Source of the DNA: a virus
Virus genome (UHGV): UHGV-0304565
Reading direction: 5' to 3' (one strand)
DNA: 36,690 bases
Part shown: positions 6,427 through 14,820 of the stretch, piece by piece
How the letters are laid out: every line of letters begins with the position of its first letter
How positions within the stretch are numbered: the stretch's first letter is position 1
Translations under genes and position numbers: made by a program
Notes under the pieces: generated by a model
Database searches by the model: none
What the model was told of the DNA's origin: nothing
What the model saw: only the letters and a program-made list of their open reading frames with translations

Positions 6427-7077
6427 TTACGCTTTGAAAGCATCAGCTAAATAATTGTAGAAATCATTTTTAATGAAGCGATATTGCTGAGTACCAGCTT
6501 TCGCGCTCCCAGCTCCTTTGACTTTTTCAACAAGTCCGAGACGTTCGCAAAGATTGATCAACTGGTTGGCTTGAGTATAGCCAGCGTCCAATTTAATCTC
6601 GCACGCTTTTTTGGCTTCATTCATTAAATCGAAAACAGCGCCATTCGTGAACGTGTCGATCTCGTCGTTAATCATATCGATTAAAGCGAATACACGAGAT
6701 CCAGACATATCAGCGACGGAATAAACACACTTTCCAGCTTTAATGGATTTAACCAGATAAACCAGTTTTTCCAGTGAATAACTATTAGTCATAGCATCAC
6801 GGAAAAATACTTCTGGCGCTTGTTTGCTTGCTTTAATTGCATAGTAGAAAACAGAGCATAATTTTTCGTCTTCAACAGCGTTTACAACGTTGTTGATGAA
6901 GTAAGCAAGTTTAGTGGTTGCAGCTTGCATATTTGCTTTGTCTGCTTTAGTGTGCGTACCATTTTTATAATGTTCGTTATATGTTTGAGTTGCCAGATCT
7001 GCTTTTTCGCGCAGCTCGTCGGATACAATGGCAGCAGCTTCAATGATGGATTTTTTAGAAATGATAATGTTAGCCAT
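6427..7077 (-). CDS. Hypothetical protein (216 aa) with a helix-turn-helix-like C-terminal segment
   Basis: SD aagga 8 nt upstream; C-terminal YTQANQLINLCERLGLVEKVKG looks like a DNA-binding helix pair (pattern judgement only). Confidence 0.55.
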   Translation of the reverse strand: MANIIISKKSIIEAAAIVSDELREKADLATQTYNEHYKNGTHTKADKANMQAATTKLAYFINNVVNAVEDEKLCSVFYYAIKASKQAPEVFFRDAMTNSYSLEKLVYLVKSIKAGKCVYSVADMSGSRVFALIDMINDEIDTFTNGAVFDLMNEAKKACEIKLDAGYTQANQLINLCERLGLVEKVKGAGSAKAGTQQYRFIKNDFYNYLADAFKA

Positions 7078-7374
7078 GATTTTATTCCTTAGTATAAATA
7101 TTAAAATTTAACTCAAGAAAGAAAGTGTTTTGCACTCGTTCCTGATGCGTTCAATTATCGATACGCGAAAAAAGATTGCAAGTGTTTTTTTAAGTTTTTT
7201 TGCAGGTATGAAAGTCCTAGAAATAAAAGCTAGATCGTCGAAGGTGTTCCCTAAATAAATAATAAATTCCGGCTTTTGACCTTATATATTTATACGGGGG
7301 AGAATTGAATGAGTGTTAAACGAATGGCATGTAAAATAATAACCGGACTTAGCCGGTTATTACCCTTATAGAAA

Positions 7375-7896
7375 TTAAAACGGAAGGATTCGTTCAACCC
7401 AATCGAAGAAAATAAGTATTTTTCTACCGTCTTCCAACTTAAGTGTGACTAGACAGGCGTCAACGCCATCTGACGTTCCCTCAATTTCGCGACCGTCTGC
7501 CATGTAGACCCTTATAGATTTGCCGTTTTGGTAAGCCTGACGACATATCTTAAAAAAGTCACGACGTGATGGCTGATTAACCATCTGTTCATTGTTTAGC
7601 GTTAGTCGACCTGTGAATGAAGTGTCAACCTCTTCTATGCCCGACTCAATTGTGCTAATGCGCTCAAGAGGGAGCCTTATACGATTTGTGTTGCTAAGCG
7701 GATCTGGTGTGAGGTTCAGCTTATTTCTTGCGCTCAATAGCCCGTAGACATACATGCAAAACACTTGGCCGTCTTCGAGAGTGACTCTTACAGGAAATTT
7801 TGCACTCCGCCAGAAGAGCAAGGTGCGCTCAGCATGTTCGTAGTCTCGCGGCCAGACTTCAGCCGGTATGCCGTAGGTGATGTCCAATGTTCTCAT
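7375..7896 (-). CDS. Hypothetical protein (173 aa)
   Basis: Start overlaps the stop of the upstream gene (ATGA); hairpin aataaccgg/ccggttatt downstream at 7338-7365. Confidence 0.55.
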   Translation of the reverse strand: MRTLDITYGIPAEVWPRDYEHAERTLLFWRSAKFPVRVTLEDGQVFCMYVYGLLSARNKLNLTPDPLSNTNRIRLPLERISTIESGIEEVDTSFTGRLTLNNEQMVNQPSRRDFFKICRQAYQNGKSIRVYMADGREIEGTSDGVDACLVTLKLEDGRKILIFFDWVERILPF

Positions 7897-8486
7897 TCTG
7901 ATACTCTTAGAGGTGTTTTCAGCAACCCAAATTTAAATTCTTTGTTACCAACGACAAAGAAGGGAACCTCAACATAGATTTTTTTATCGACGGATTTAGA
8001 GTTCGCTGTTTTCTGTATGTCACGAACGATACGTTTTGAGATATTTTCATCGATAAACAATACCTTTCCATTTGTATTCCCTTCAGCCTTGGCGTAAGTA
8101 ACGATAGGCTCTTCATTGCCAACCCTAATGTTTACTTGGCAACCTGTTGTAGCCATTTCATCACAGTAAAGTGTGCCGTCTTGAACTTCCAAAACAATTC
8201 CAGATGGCTTCATGGCTTCGTCAGAGCTTACATTAACGTTTTCTGGTACAGCGGTCCCGTTAATTTGCAACCGTAATCTTTCTTTTCCTGCATTAAGTAT
8301 TGTTTCTTCTGCGTTATCTGAGAATCTGAACCAGACTGGTTGAATCAGACCTCGTGATTCGTATTTTAGTACGTCTTCAGAAGTATACATGCTGTACGTT
8401 TTTTGCATGTCGGAGACGATATCTGACAACGCATTTGCGGAAAATGACGAGAGGTATATACAAGCAAGAAGTAACGAACGTTTCAT
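7893..8486 (-). CDS. Hypothetical secreted/periplasmic protein (197 aa)
   Basis: N-terminus MKRSLLLACIYLSSFSANA-LSD: signal peptide with A-x-A cleavage site. Confidence 0.6.
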   Translation of the reverse strand: MKRSLLLACIYLSSFSANALSDIVSDMQKTYSMYTSEDVLKYESRGLIQPVWFRFSDNAEETILNAGKERLRLQINGTAVPENVNVSSDEAMKPSGIVLEVQDGTLYCDEMATTGCQVNIRVGNEEPIVTYAKAEGNTNGKVLFIDENISKRIVRDIQKTANSKSVDKKIYVEVPFFVVGNKEFKFGLLKTPLRVSE

Positions 8487-8666
8487 TTTTATACAGCGAT
8501 TGTTGCAAAGTAGAATTATAAATATCCAATAGTCTCAAACGATAAGTTTTCAACTGTAAATAGCAGACGTGTTTCTCTAAAAGCTGTGCGGCAAAGGCGT
8601 TGTTGCCGCACTCTGTCTATTAGCTCTTCAAGTCTGGCAATTCTGAAATTGACTAAGAATCCAATA

Positions 8667-8945
8667 TTACGGCAGTTTGCTTAGAATTTGCTCTAAATCT
8701 TCCTTTGTCATATTAGAGTTCTCATAGATGCGCATGATTTTCTCACGAGCCTTAGCAGAGACTCCAACGGCAGATGAAACTTTGTCAAATTCAGCCATTG
8801 TCATCGCTTCCAGAATGGTATTGATAACTTCAGCCTTAGACATTTTGATGTTTTTTTCTTTTAGTTTCATTTGAAACTTTCCAAGTTTGTCATTGGCCTT
8901 ATCGGACAATGCCACCTGACAATAAGTTGTTTTCTTTTCGCTCAT
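8667..8945 (-). CDS. Hypothetical small protein (92 aa), possible DNA-binding regulator
   Basis: Starts 2 nt after the helicase stop; hairpin plus T-run downstream on the minus strand (8588-8612). Confidence 0.5.
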   Translation of the reverse strand: MSEKKTTYCQVALSDKANDKLGKFQMKLKEKNIKMSKAEVINTILEAMTMAEFDKVSSAVGVSAKAREKIMRIYENSNMTKEDLEQILSKLP

Positions 8946-8947
8946 AA

Positions 8948-10507
8948 CTAATCTCGTTTCAGAACTCCAAAATCGAATGCGCCATCAATAGGCAATACAC
9001 CTTCTGCAAAGCCAGGTGTGGTGTCGATGATGTGTTTTCGCTCATAAGAGTGAGACAACAGGTATTTGTTGCTAATGTCAATGAAATCAGTGATAAAACA
9101 CACGTTTGCCTGATTCTTCTTGGCTCGTAAGCCACGACCGACACGCTGCCTCATTTCAACTTCTGCTTTCCCACCACCAGCCAGAATGACCGCACCAACG
9201 CTTGGCACATCAACACCGACATCCAGAATAGTCGAGCCTATTAAAACATCTATTTCGCCAGACGCTAAACTGTTCAGCTTTGCTTGCCTTGTCGCCTGGT
9301 TCGATTCCCCATAGATGAAGTCAACTCTAAGGCCGGACTCCTTCATCATCTCCATCAGGATTTGCCCGTGGCGTTTAAGACGAACCAGAGTCATGCAATT
9401 GAGAGAATGTTGCTTATAGAGCAATGCTTCGCGCACAATGGCCTCGTTACGTCCCAAATTATACACGATCCCCAACTGATAAGCCTTTTGGTAGGCTGTG
9501 CTCATACCTACTCTAAAATTAAGGTGTTTGTTGGCAAGTTCCGCCTTGATTCTGACCTCGTCTGGCTTGTAAGCAACTTTATGATAAAGGAAGTACGGTT
9601 TTGCCAGAATGCCTCGATCAATCAGGTACTTTTCTGTGACTTTAATTTCAATTCGCCCGGCCACCGCCATCAGGCGCATGTTGGCTTCCGTCGAATCCTT
9701 CATGAACGGCGTGGCTGTAAGCGCCAGACGATAGTCTGCGTTCACACATAATCTGGCGATGTCATAGAAATTTGAGCCTGAAGACTCATGCGCCTCTTCC
9801 AGAATAAGAAGAGAGACACTTGAAAGGAAGCGTTTCACCAACTCCCGACGTTTGAGGTGGTAGCTCTTTTTATCTGGTGTTGCATCGCGTGGTGGTTCTT
9901 CAAGGAAACTTGCCAGAGTTTGAACTGTAGCGACGTTGATATGTCGTGATACCTGGAACTCACCCGAGCCAATGACTCCAACCTTTTGGTCTTTTAACCA
10001 CGGTTCGCCATTTTCGGCGCGGTAGTCGATGGATCTCTGGAAGTTTTCGGCCATTTGAAACATCAGAACAGAGCGGGTTGTTAAAAATAATGTCATTCGA
10101 CCGATACGTGCAGCTGCTTTGCAGGCAACGTTAGATTTCCCGCCACCAGTAGCGATCTGCGCAATCATCATTCCCTCTCGAACCAGTGTTTCCACAGTCT
10201 GATCCTGATACGCATAATCAGGATTGTATGGGAATGGGTTAACCGCCGGATTTGGTTTTCCAAGCGCCGGGGCTTTGTCTTTGCGGATATGAACACATTT
10301 GATGCCCGCCTTGTTCAAGTTCGCCGCTACAGGCTTGGCAAAGCCAGCAGGGAACGAGTTTTTACTCCAGTTGAACATCGTGCTTGTGCCCTTCCAGTCG
10401 CCAGTCTCGACTTCGTAGCTCAACATTTGCTGCACCAGTTGCTTTACCTTGTCATCTGCGCCAGAAATAAGCGCATTTACTGCGTTAGATACAATCCGAA
10501 CAGTCAT
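8948..10507 (-). CDS. Superfamily-2 DEAD/DEAH-box helicase (519 aa)
   Basis: Walker A ATGGGKS, DExH-like LILEEAHESSG, motif VI QRVGRGLR; SD aaggaaagagg upstream. Confidence 0.8.
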   Translation of the reverse strand: MTVRIVSNAVNALISGADDKVKQLVQQMLSYEVETGDWKGTSTMFNWSKNSFPAGFAKPVAANLNKAGIKCVHIRKDKAPALGKPNPAVNPFPYNPDYAYQDQTVETLVREGMMIAQIATGGGKSNVACKAAARIGRMTLFLTTRSVLMFQMAENFQRSIDYRAENGEPWLKDQKVGVIGSGEFQVSRHINVATVQTLASFLEEPPRDATPDKKSYHLKRRELVKRFLSSVSLLILEEAHESSGSNFYDIARLCVNADYRLALTATPFMKDSTEANMRLMAVAGRIEIKVTEKYLIDRGILAKPYFLYHKVAYKPDEVRIKAELANKHLNFRVGMSTAYQKAYQLGIVYNLGRNEAIVREALLYKQHSLNCMTLVRLKRHGQILMEMMKESGLRVDFIYGESNQATRQAKLNSLASGEIDVLIGSTILDVGVDVPSVGAVILAGGGKAEVEMRQRVGRGLRAKKNQANVCFITDFIDISNKYLLSHSYERKHIIDTTPGFAEGVLPIDGAFDFGVLKRD

Positions 10508-10552
10508 AAACCTCTTTCCTTAGTGCCTTTTGTATGTTATTTGGCTATTATA

Positions 10553-10572
10553 ATAAGTAAGTGATTACTTAG
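10553..10572. promoter_or_regulatory. ATAAGTAA-family motif with inverted repeat (AGTAA-gtga-TTACT) in the divergent intergenic region
   Basis: Read directly; adjacent TATAAT at 10548-10553. Confidence 0.4.
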
Positions 10573-10589
10573 TGGATTGTAGCAATAAA

Positions 10590-11270
10590 ATGGATGTAAA
10601 AATCACGATTTTGCAGGTTGATGTTGTCAACCTTCGCCCGAATACCTGGAACACCAATTCGGTTGGTGCGCAGAATTTTGAAAAACTGAAAGGTTCTATC
10701 GAAAAATTGGGCTTTTTTAAGCCAATTTTGGCTCGTGAACTTGAAGATGGATTTTTTGAAATCCTCGGCGGCGAACATCGCTGGCGTGCTGCTATTGAGC
10801 AAGGAATTTCAACGGTTCCGGTGCTTTCTGTGGGCAAAATTAGCGATGTCGTGGCAAAACAGATGTCACTGGTGGACAACGAGCGATACGGTGAAGACGA
10901 CCAAATCGCATTGCAACGCTTCATTGAAGAAATTCAGTCAGAACTTGACTATCAACTGTCTGAAATCGCCCCGTATGACGACGAAATCTCGATGGTTTTA
11001 GCAAAAGAGGCGGCAATCGACCTTGAAGCACTGGAGGCGTTGTCTCGTGGTAGTGATGAGCCTGTCGATACCGACAAACGAGAGAAAACCGAACGTGTGG
11101 GTGCGGAACATCAGACCATGCGCTTCAAAGTAACTTTCGATGCGTCAGATCGTGTTGCAGAAACCATAAAAAACATCATCAAAGAGCAGGCTATTAACAC
11201 CGGTAATGAAATGGAGAACGCTGGTGAGGCTCTGGTGTGGCTGGTCGACTACTACAAGGAGCGTATGTAA
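10590..11270 (+). CDS. ParB/Srx-like N-terminal domain protein 1
   Basis: ILGGEHRWRAA resembles the ParB GERRxRA box. ORF track starts at GTG 10572; start uncertain. Confidence 0.6.
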   Translation: MDVKITILQVDVVNLRPNTWNTNSVGAQNFEKLKGSIEKLGFFKPILARELEDGFFEILGGEHRWRAAIEQGISTVPVLSVGKISDVVAKQMSLVDNERYGEDDQIALQRFIEEIQSELDYQLSEIAPYDDEISMVLAKEAAIDLEALEALSRGSDEPVDTDKREKTERVGAEHQTMRFKVTFDASDRVAETIKNIIKEQAINTGNEMENAGEALVWLVDYYKERM

Positions 11271-11938
11271 TGACCAAAAAGTTTGAAATCGTATATCGCG
11301 ACCCGGCAGATCTTATTCCCTATGAGATGAATGCCAAAAAGCATGATGAACAGCAGATCCGAGATCTGGCCGCAGCCATTAAAAAGCGCGGATTTGACCA
11401 GCCAATTACGGTCGATAAGAACGACGTAATTATTACTGGCCACGGCCGCCGTGAGGCTGCAATTTTTGCTGGACTTGAGCGCGTACCGGTTATTGTTCGC
11501 GATGATCTCAGTGATGACGAGGTTCGTGCGAAGCGCCTTGAAGATAACCGACTTGCCAGCATTGATTACGATGCAATTAAGCTACAGAAAGAGCTTGAGT
11601 CGCTTGTTCTGGACGATATCGAGGTTTTCGGCTTTGAAGAGCGTGAGTTGAATGTTCTCGTTGGCAGTATGACAGAAGAAATGGACACCGACTCGCTAGT
11701 TATCGATCTTGGCGAAGAAACTAAACGACAGAAGGATGAACACACCGAGATCAGTCGTGAAGTTGCAGCGGAAGAAGTACGTGTTGTCGACGTATTGGGC
11801 TTTAAAACGCTCCCTGCTGGCTCTGCCATTGTTGTTGGTGATTTGCTTGCCCATATGGAAGAAATGACGGGAGAAAGCGGGGTAGACGCATTTGTGGCAT
11901 ATGCGGAGAAGATCTCTTCCGGGGAGATGGCTGCATGA
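11270..11938 (+). CDS. ParB/Srx-like domain protein 2
   Basis: ITGHGRREAA motif; ATG overlaps the previous stop (TAATG); SD aaggag 9 nt upstream. Confidence 0.6.
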   Translation: MTKKFEIVYRDPADLIPYEMNAKKHDEQQIRDLAAAIKKRGFDQPITVDKNDVIITGHGRREAAIFAGLERVPVIVRDDLSDDEVRAKRLEDNRLASIDYDAIKLQKELESLVLDDIEVFGFEERELNVLVGSMTEEMDTDSLVIDLGEETKRQKDEHTEISREVAAEEVRVVDVLGFKTLPAGSAIVVGDLLAHMEEMTGESGVDAFVAYAEKISSGEMAA

Positions 11939-12573
11939 GCAAATACATCATCAACGTATCGTTTCAGACACGCGTAAATAAAACCACGCGCACGTTGGAA
12001 ATCGCTGAGTCGTTCGGGCTTGGCCTGGACGAAAAAGAGTGGACGCTTTACGACAATCTGGAGCTGGAAGTGAAGCAGGGCGATGTGGTGTACATCACCG
12101 GCCAATCCGGTTCCGGCAAATCCGTTGTGCTGCGCGAGTTGCAACGACAGATGAAGGATGAAGGGCTGTCTGTAGCCTCCATCGATGATTTTACCTTCGA
12201 TAATGAGGTTAACGTCATCGATCAGTTGGGCAAAACGACCAGTGATGCGCTTGGGTTGTTATCTATGGCTGGTCTGAACGATGCATATCTGTTTGTTCGC
12301 AAGCCTTCTGAAATGTCAGACGGCCAGAAATATCGTCTCAAGATTGCCAAACTGATTGAGTCAGGCGCTAAAGTATGGGCTGCTGACGAGTTCGGCGCTG
12401 TTCTAGACCGTGTAACCGCTCAGGTTGTGGCGTCTAACCTCCAGCGTGCCGCTCGAAAGGTTGGTGCGACGGTAATGGTGGCGACGACTCACGAAGACCT
12501 GAAGAACGCGCTGCGCCCGGATATGCAGATCACCAAGCACTACAAAGAACGCGTGAAGGTGGAATATGCCTGA
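11935..12573 (+). CDS. ABC-type ATPase (minimal nucleotide-binding domain, 212 aa)
   Basis: Walker A GQSGSGKS, signature-like SDGQKYRL, Walker B VWAADEF, H-loop ATTHED; ATGA overlap with the upstream gene. Confidence 0.7.
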   Translation: MSKYIINVSFQTRVNKTTRTLEIAESFGLGLDEKEWTLYDNLELEVKQGDVVYITGQSGSGKSVVLRELQRQMKDEGLSVASIDDFTFDNEVNVIDQLGKTTSDALGLLSMAGLNDAYLFVRKPSEMSDGQKYRLKIAKLIESGAKVWAADEFGAVLDRVTAQVVASNLQRAARKVGATVMVATTHEDLKNALRPDMQITKHYKERVKVEYA

Positions 12574-12820
12574 TTTGAAGATCGTAGAGCTGAAGCCATC
12601 GAAAGAGACTGATAACAACAACGTGGAAGTCATCCGCCTGCTGGAAGAAGCACTTCAGCACGCCAGAGAAGGAAAAAGCCAGAGCCTGGCGCTGTTGATG
12701 ATCAACAACGACGGCAGTGTTCTTGATTGCTGGCATAACGGCGGGCGCCCGTATGTCATGGTAGGGGCGATGGAGTCTCTTCGCCTGGATTTCATCAATG
12801 CCAATATCGAGCGCAGGTGA
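12566..12820 (+). CDS. Hypothetical protein (84 aa)
   Basis: Overlaps the ATPase stop; SD aaggtgg upstream. Confidence 0.55.
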   Translation: MPDLKIVELKPSKETDNNNVEVIRLLEEALQHAREGKSQSLALLMINNDGSVLDCWHNGGRPYVMVGAMESLRLDFINANIERR

Positions 12821-12825
12821 TCGAC

Positions 12826-13716
12826 ATGGCAGATATCATCATCAAACGCTACCGCCCTGAAGAGTTTCCGCGTCATCTGGACTTTCTGGAGCGAATGACT
12901 GTCACAAAGGGAACTGTAGAGGACTGGCACGCTCTTAAGTCGCTTCACTACAAAACAGACGGCAAACCTTTCGCGCCAACATACTATCGCTGCGAACTGG
13001 ATGACCGTCTGGTGGGCGTCGTGGTTATGGCTTACCCGAAACTTCTGCTGGCACCTCGCCATCGCATGTTTCCTAAGTTGAAACCAACCACCAATACCAC
13101 CGTGGCTAACCAGTACTGGGGCCGGTACGTGAATAACAACTTTGCGGTGATCAGCCGCTCAGTTGTGGATACTCAGTACCGTGGCGTAGGCGTCTCTTAT
13201 CGAATGATTAACCTGGTTAGCAGGATGCATGACCGGCCAATCATTGAGATCCAGTCATCGATGAGCAAATACAATCCCTTCGCCATGAAAGCAGGGTTTA
13301 AGTTCATCCGCCCTGAGCGACCGAAGAGCTATGAAAGTGCACTGCGTGTGTTCCAGCGCCATTTCCGCTCCGACCCGGGTGATAACGAGGCGATCGTCAA
13401 AGAGTTGTTCGCTATGAGCGAGTCTCGTCGTCGCCGTGCACTGCGTGATCTGGTGGCGGACTACCACAAAAACAGTTCCCTGGCAAAAGCTGGGCGGAAT
13501 CGTGGCACGACGATTCAGGACATTGCCGACAGTCTGGTGGACGAGGCCAGCATTGTGAAGCTGCTCAAGGACATTCACAACCTGAGCTTTACGTCTCCGT
13601 TGTATGGTGTGTATCGAAACCCTGACTTTGGTCGTCGACTGCCTGACACGCTGCCACTGCTGGCATTCGACAAACAACCTTTGGATAAACCGTTAGAAAT
13701 TGCTTTACCGGCATAA
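12826..13716 (+). CDS. GNAT-like acyltransferase-fold protein with C-terminal extension
   Basis: GNAT motif A-like QYRGVGVSYRMINLV and motif B-like NPFAMKAGFKF. ORF track starts at GTG 12817 overlapping the previous stop; ATG 12826 used. Confidence 0.5.
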   Translation: MADIIIKRYRPEEFPRHLDFLERMTVTKGTVEDWHALKSLHYKTDGKPFAPTYYRCELDDRLVGVVVMAYPKLLLAPRHRMFPKLKPTTNTTVANQYWGRYVNNNFAVISRSVVDTQYRGVGVSYRMINLVSRMHDRPIIEIQSSMSKYNPFAMKAGFKFIRPERPKSYESALRVFQRHFRSDPGDNEAIVKELFAMSESRRRRALRDLVADYHKNSSLAKAGRNRGTTIQDIADSLVDEASIVKLLKDIHNLSFTSPLYGVYRNPDFGRRLPDTLPLLAFDKQPLDKPLEIALPA

Positions 13717-13725
13717 GGATTTGCC

Positions 13726-13992
13726 ATGACGTTAACCGATAAACAAAAGGACATCATCAAAACGCTCAATCTCGGTTATGAGCGAGGTCATCTACTTGAC
13801 CTGGACGAATTGCTTGAAGTTTTGCCGTACAAGACAACCAAGCAAAGTATCCAGTTCTCAATTCGCGCTCTGATAAAAAAGGGGCTGGTGGAGAAAGGGC
13901 ATACGCGCCAACGCAGTGACAATCGCTATCACCGCCGAACTCTTGGGTTAACTACTTTAGGTCGAGCCAAAGCGAAGTTACTGGTGATGTAA
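13726..13992 (+). CDS. Small basic protein (88 aa), possible winged-helix DNA-binding regulator
   Basis: SD aagga 7 nt upstream; segment SIQFSIRALIKKGLVEKG resembles MarR/PadR-type recognition helices (pattern judgement). Confidence 0.45.
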   Translation: MTLTDKQKDIIKTLNLGYERGHLLDLDELLEVLPYKTTKQSIQFSIRALIKKGLVEKGHTRQRSDNRYHRRTLGLTTLGRAKAKLLVM

Positions 13993-14016
13993 TCGGTCTG
14001 GGAGCTTATTTAAAGA

Positions 14017-14071
14017 CCTGCTTCTGTATATATAAATAATAAGTAACTTATTAAATATATACGGAAGCAGG
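14017..14071. promoter_or_regulatory. Long near-perfect palindrome (about 18-bp arms) centred on AATAAGTAACTTATT
   Basis: Left arm cctgcttctgtatatata (14017-14034) against right arm tatatacggaagcagg (14056-14071), one mismatch. Confidence 0.5.
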
Positions 14072-14108
14072 CTTCGTAAGACATGCCAGACCTAATTAAA
14101 CACCCCAG

Positions 14109-14148
14109 AAAACAAGTTGGTTAGCAGATGCAGTAAACAAGTTGTTTT
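14109..14148. promoter_or_regulatory. Two tandem AAAACAA-G-TTGkTT palindromes upstream of the terminase genes
   Basis: Copies at 14109-14122 and 14134-14148, same family as the early-region operators. Confidence 0.45.
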
Positions 14149-14187
14149 AGAGCGCATGGACGCGCTCTGTGTGTTTTAGAGGGATCT

Positions 14188-14820
14188 ATGACGGTCGAAA
14201 AAGACGAGGTAAAAACTCGCCTGACACCAGCGGAGTGGGCCGAAGCTGAAGCCAAATGGACGTCAGGCGAATATACACTCTCAAAGCTGGAGGAAGAGTA
14301 CGGCATTCGTCGTGAAACACTCTCCAGACATTTCAAAAAGCGAGGATTAGAGAAAGGCGCGGACTCTGTTGGGAAGATGGTTCGTGAGTCTCTTAAATCT
14401 GACGCAGAGCTTCGCGCTAAAGCCCGTGCGGAAAAGATAGAAGAACGTCGTACACGTTATGACGGCTGGGCGTATGCGTTGGGGCAGATGGTGATGGTCG
14501 AAGTCACTACGGCCAAACGTGAGGGTAAGCCTTTAGGGGCGATTGAGGATTCTCTCAAGAGCTTACAGAGAGCCAGTAATACCCTTGCAAAATGCTTTGA
14601 AGTTTCGTCCAAAGCATTGGGCATGGATCATGCGGAAAATGACGAGGAAGAAATTCCGAACCTGGTATTTGGTGAGCTTACGCCTTCCCAGGTGGCGAAA
14701 TTACGTCAGGAAGACGACGAGCCTGAAATCATCGATGACGAATTGCTTGAGACGTTGGAAGAAGAAACTCTAAGCGAATTTGATGCGACAGATGATGGAA
14801 GTGAAGGGGAGGACGAATAA
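14188..14820 (+). CDS. terS: Terminase small subunit (putative)
   Basis: Position immediately upstream of terL with 1-nt stop/start overlap; N-terminal HTH-like segment; acidic C-terminus. Confidence 0.6.
   Translation: MTVEKDEVKTRLTPAEWAEAEAKWTSGEYTLSKLEEEYGIRRETLSRHFKKRGLEKGADSVGKMVRESLKSDAELRAKARAEKIEERRTRYDGWAYALGQMVMVEVTTAKREGKPLGAIEDSLKSLQRASNTLAKCFEVSSKALGMDHAENDEEEIPNLVFGELTPSQVAKLRQEDDEPEIIDDELLETLEEETLSEFDATDDGSEGEDE

Noticed and set aside
9297-9308. tRNA-like T-loop sequence GGTTCGATTCC
   Set aside because: Flanking sequence cannot form a T-stem or acceptor stem, and it lies inside the helicase coding region. Chance match; no tRNA gene recognised in the window.
10590-12573. Classical ParA/ParB plasmid-partition system
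   Set aside because: The ATPase has ABC-type motifs (GQSGSGKS, SDGQKYRL), not the deviant Walker A of ParA, and there are two ParB-like genes plus a GNAT-like gene. Not a standard par locus, though a partition-like role is not excluded.
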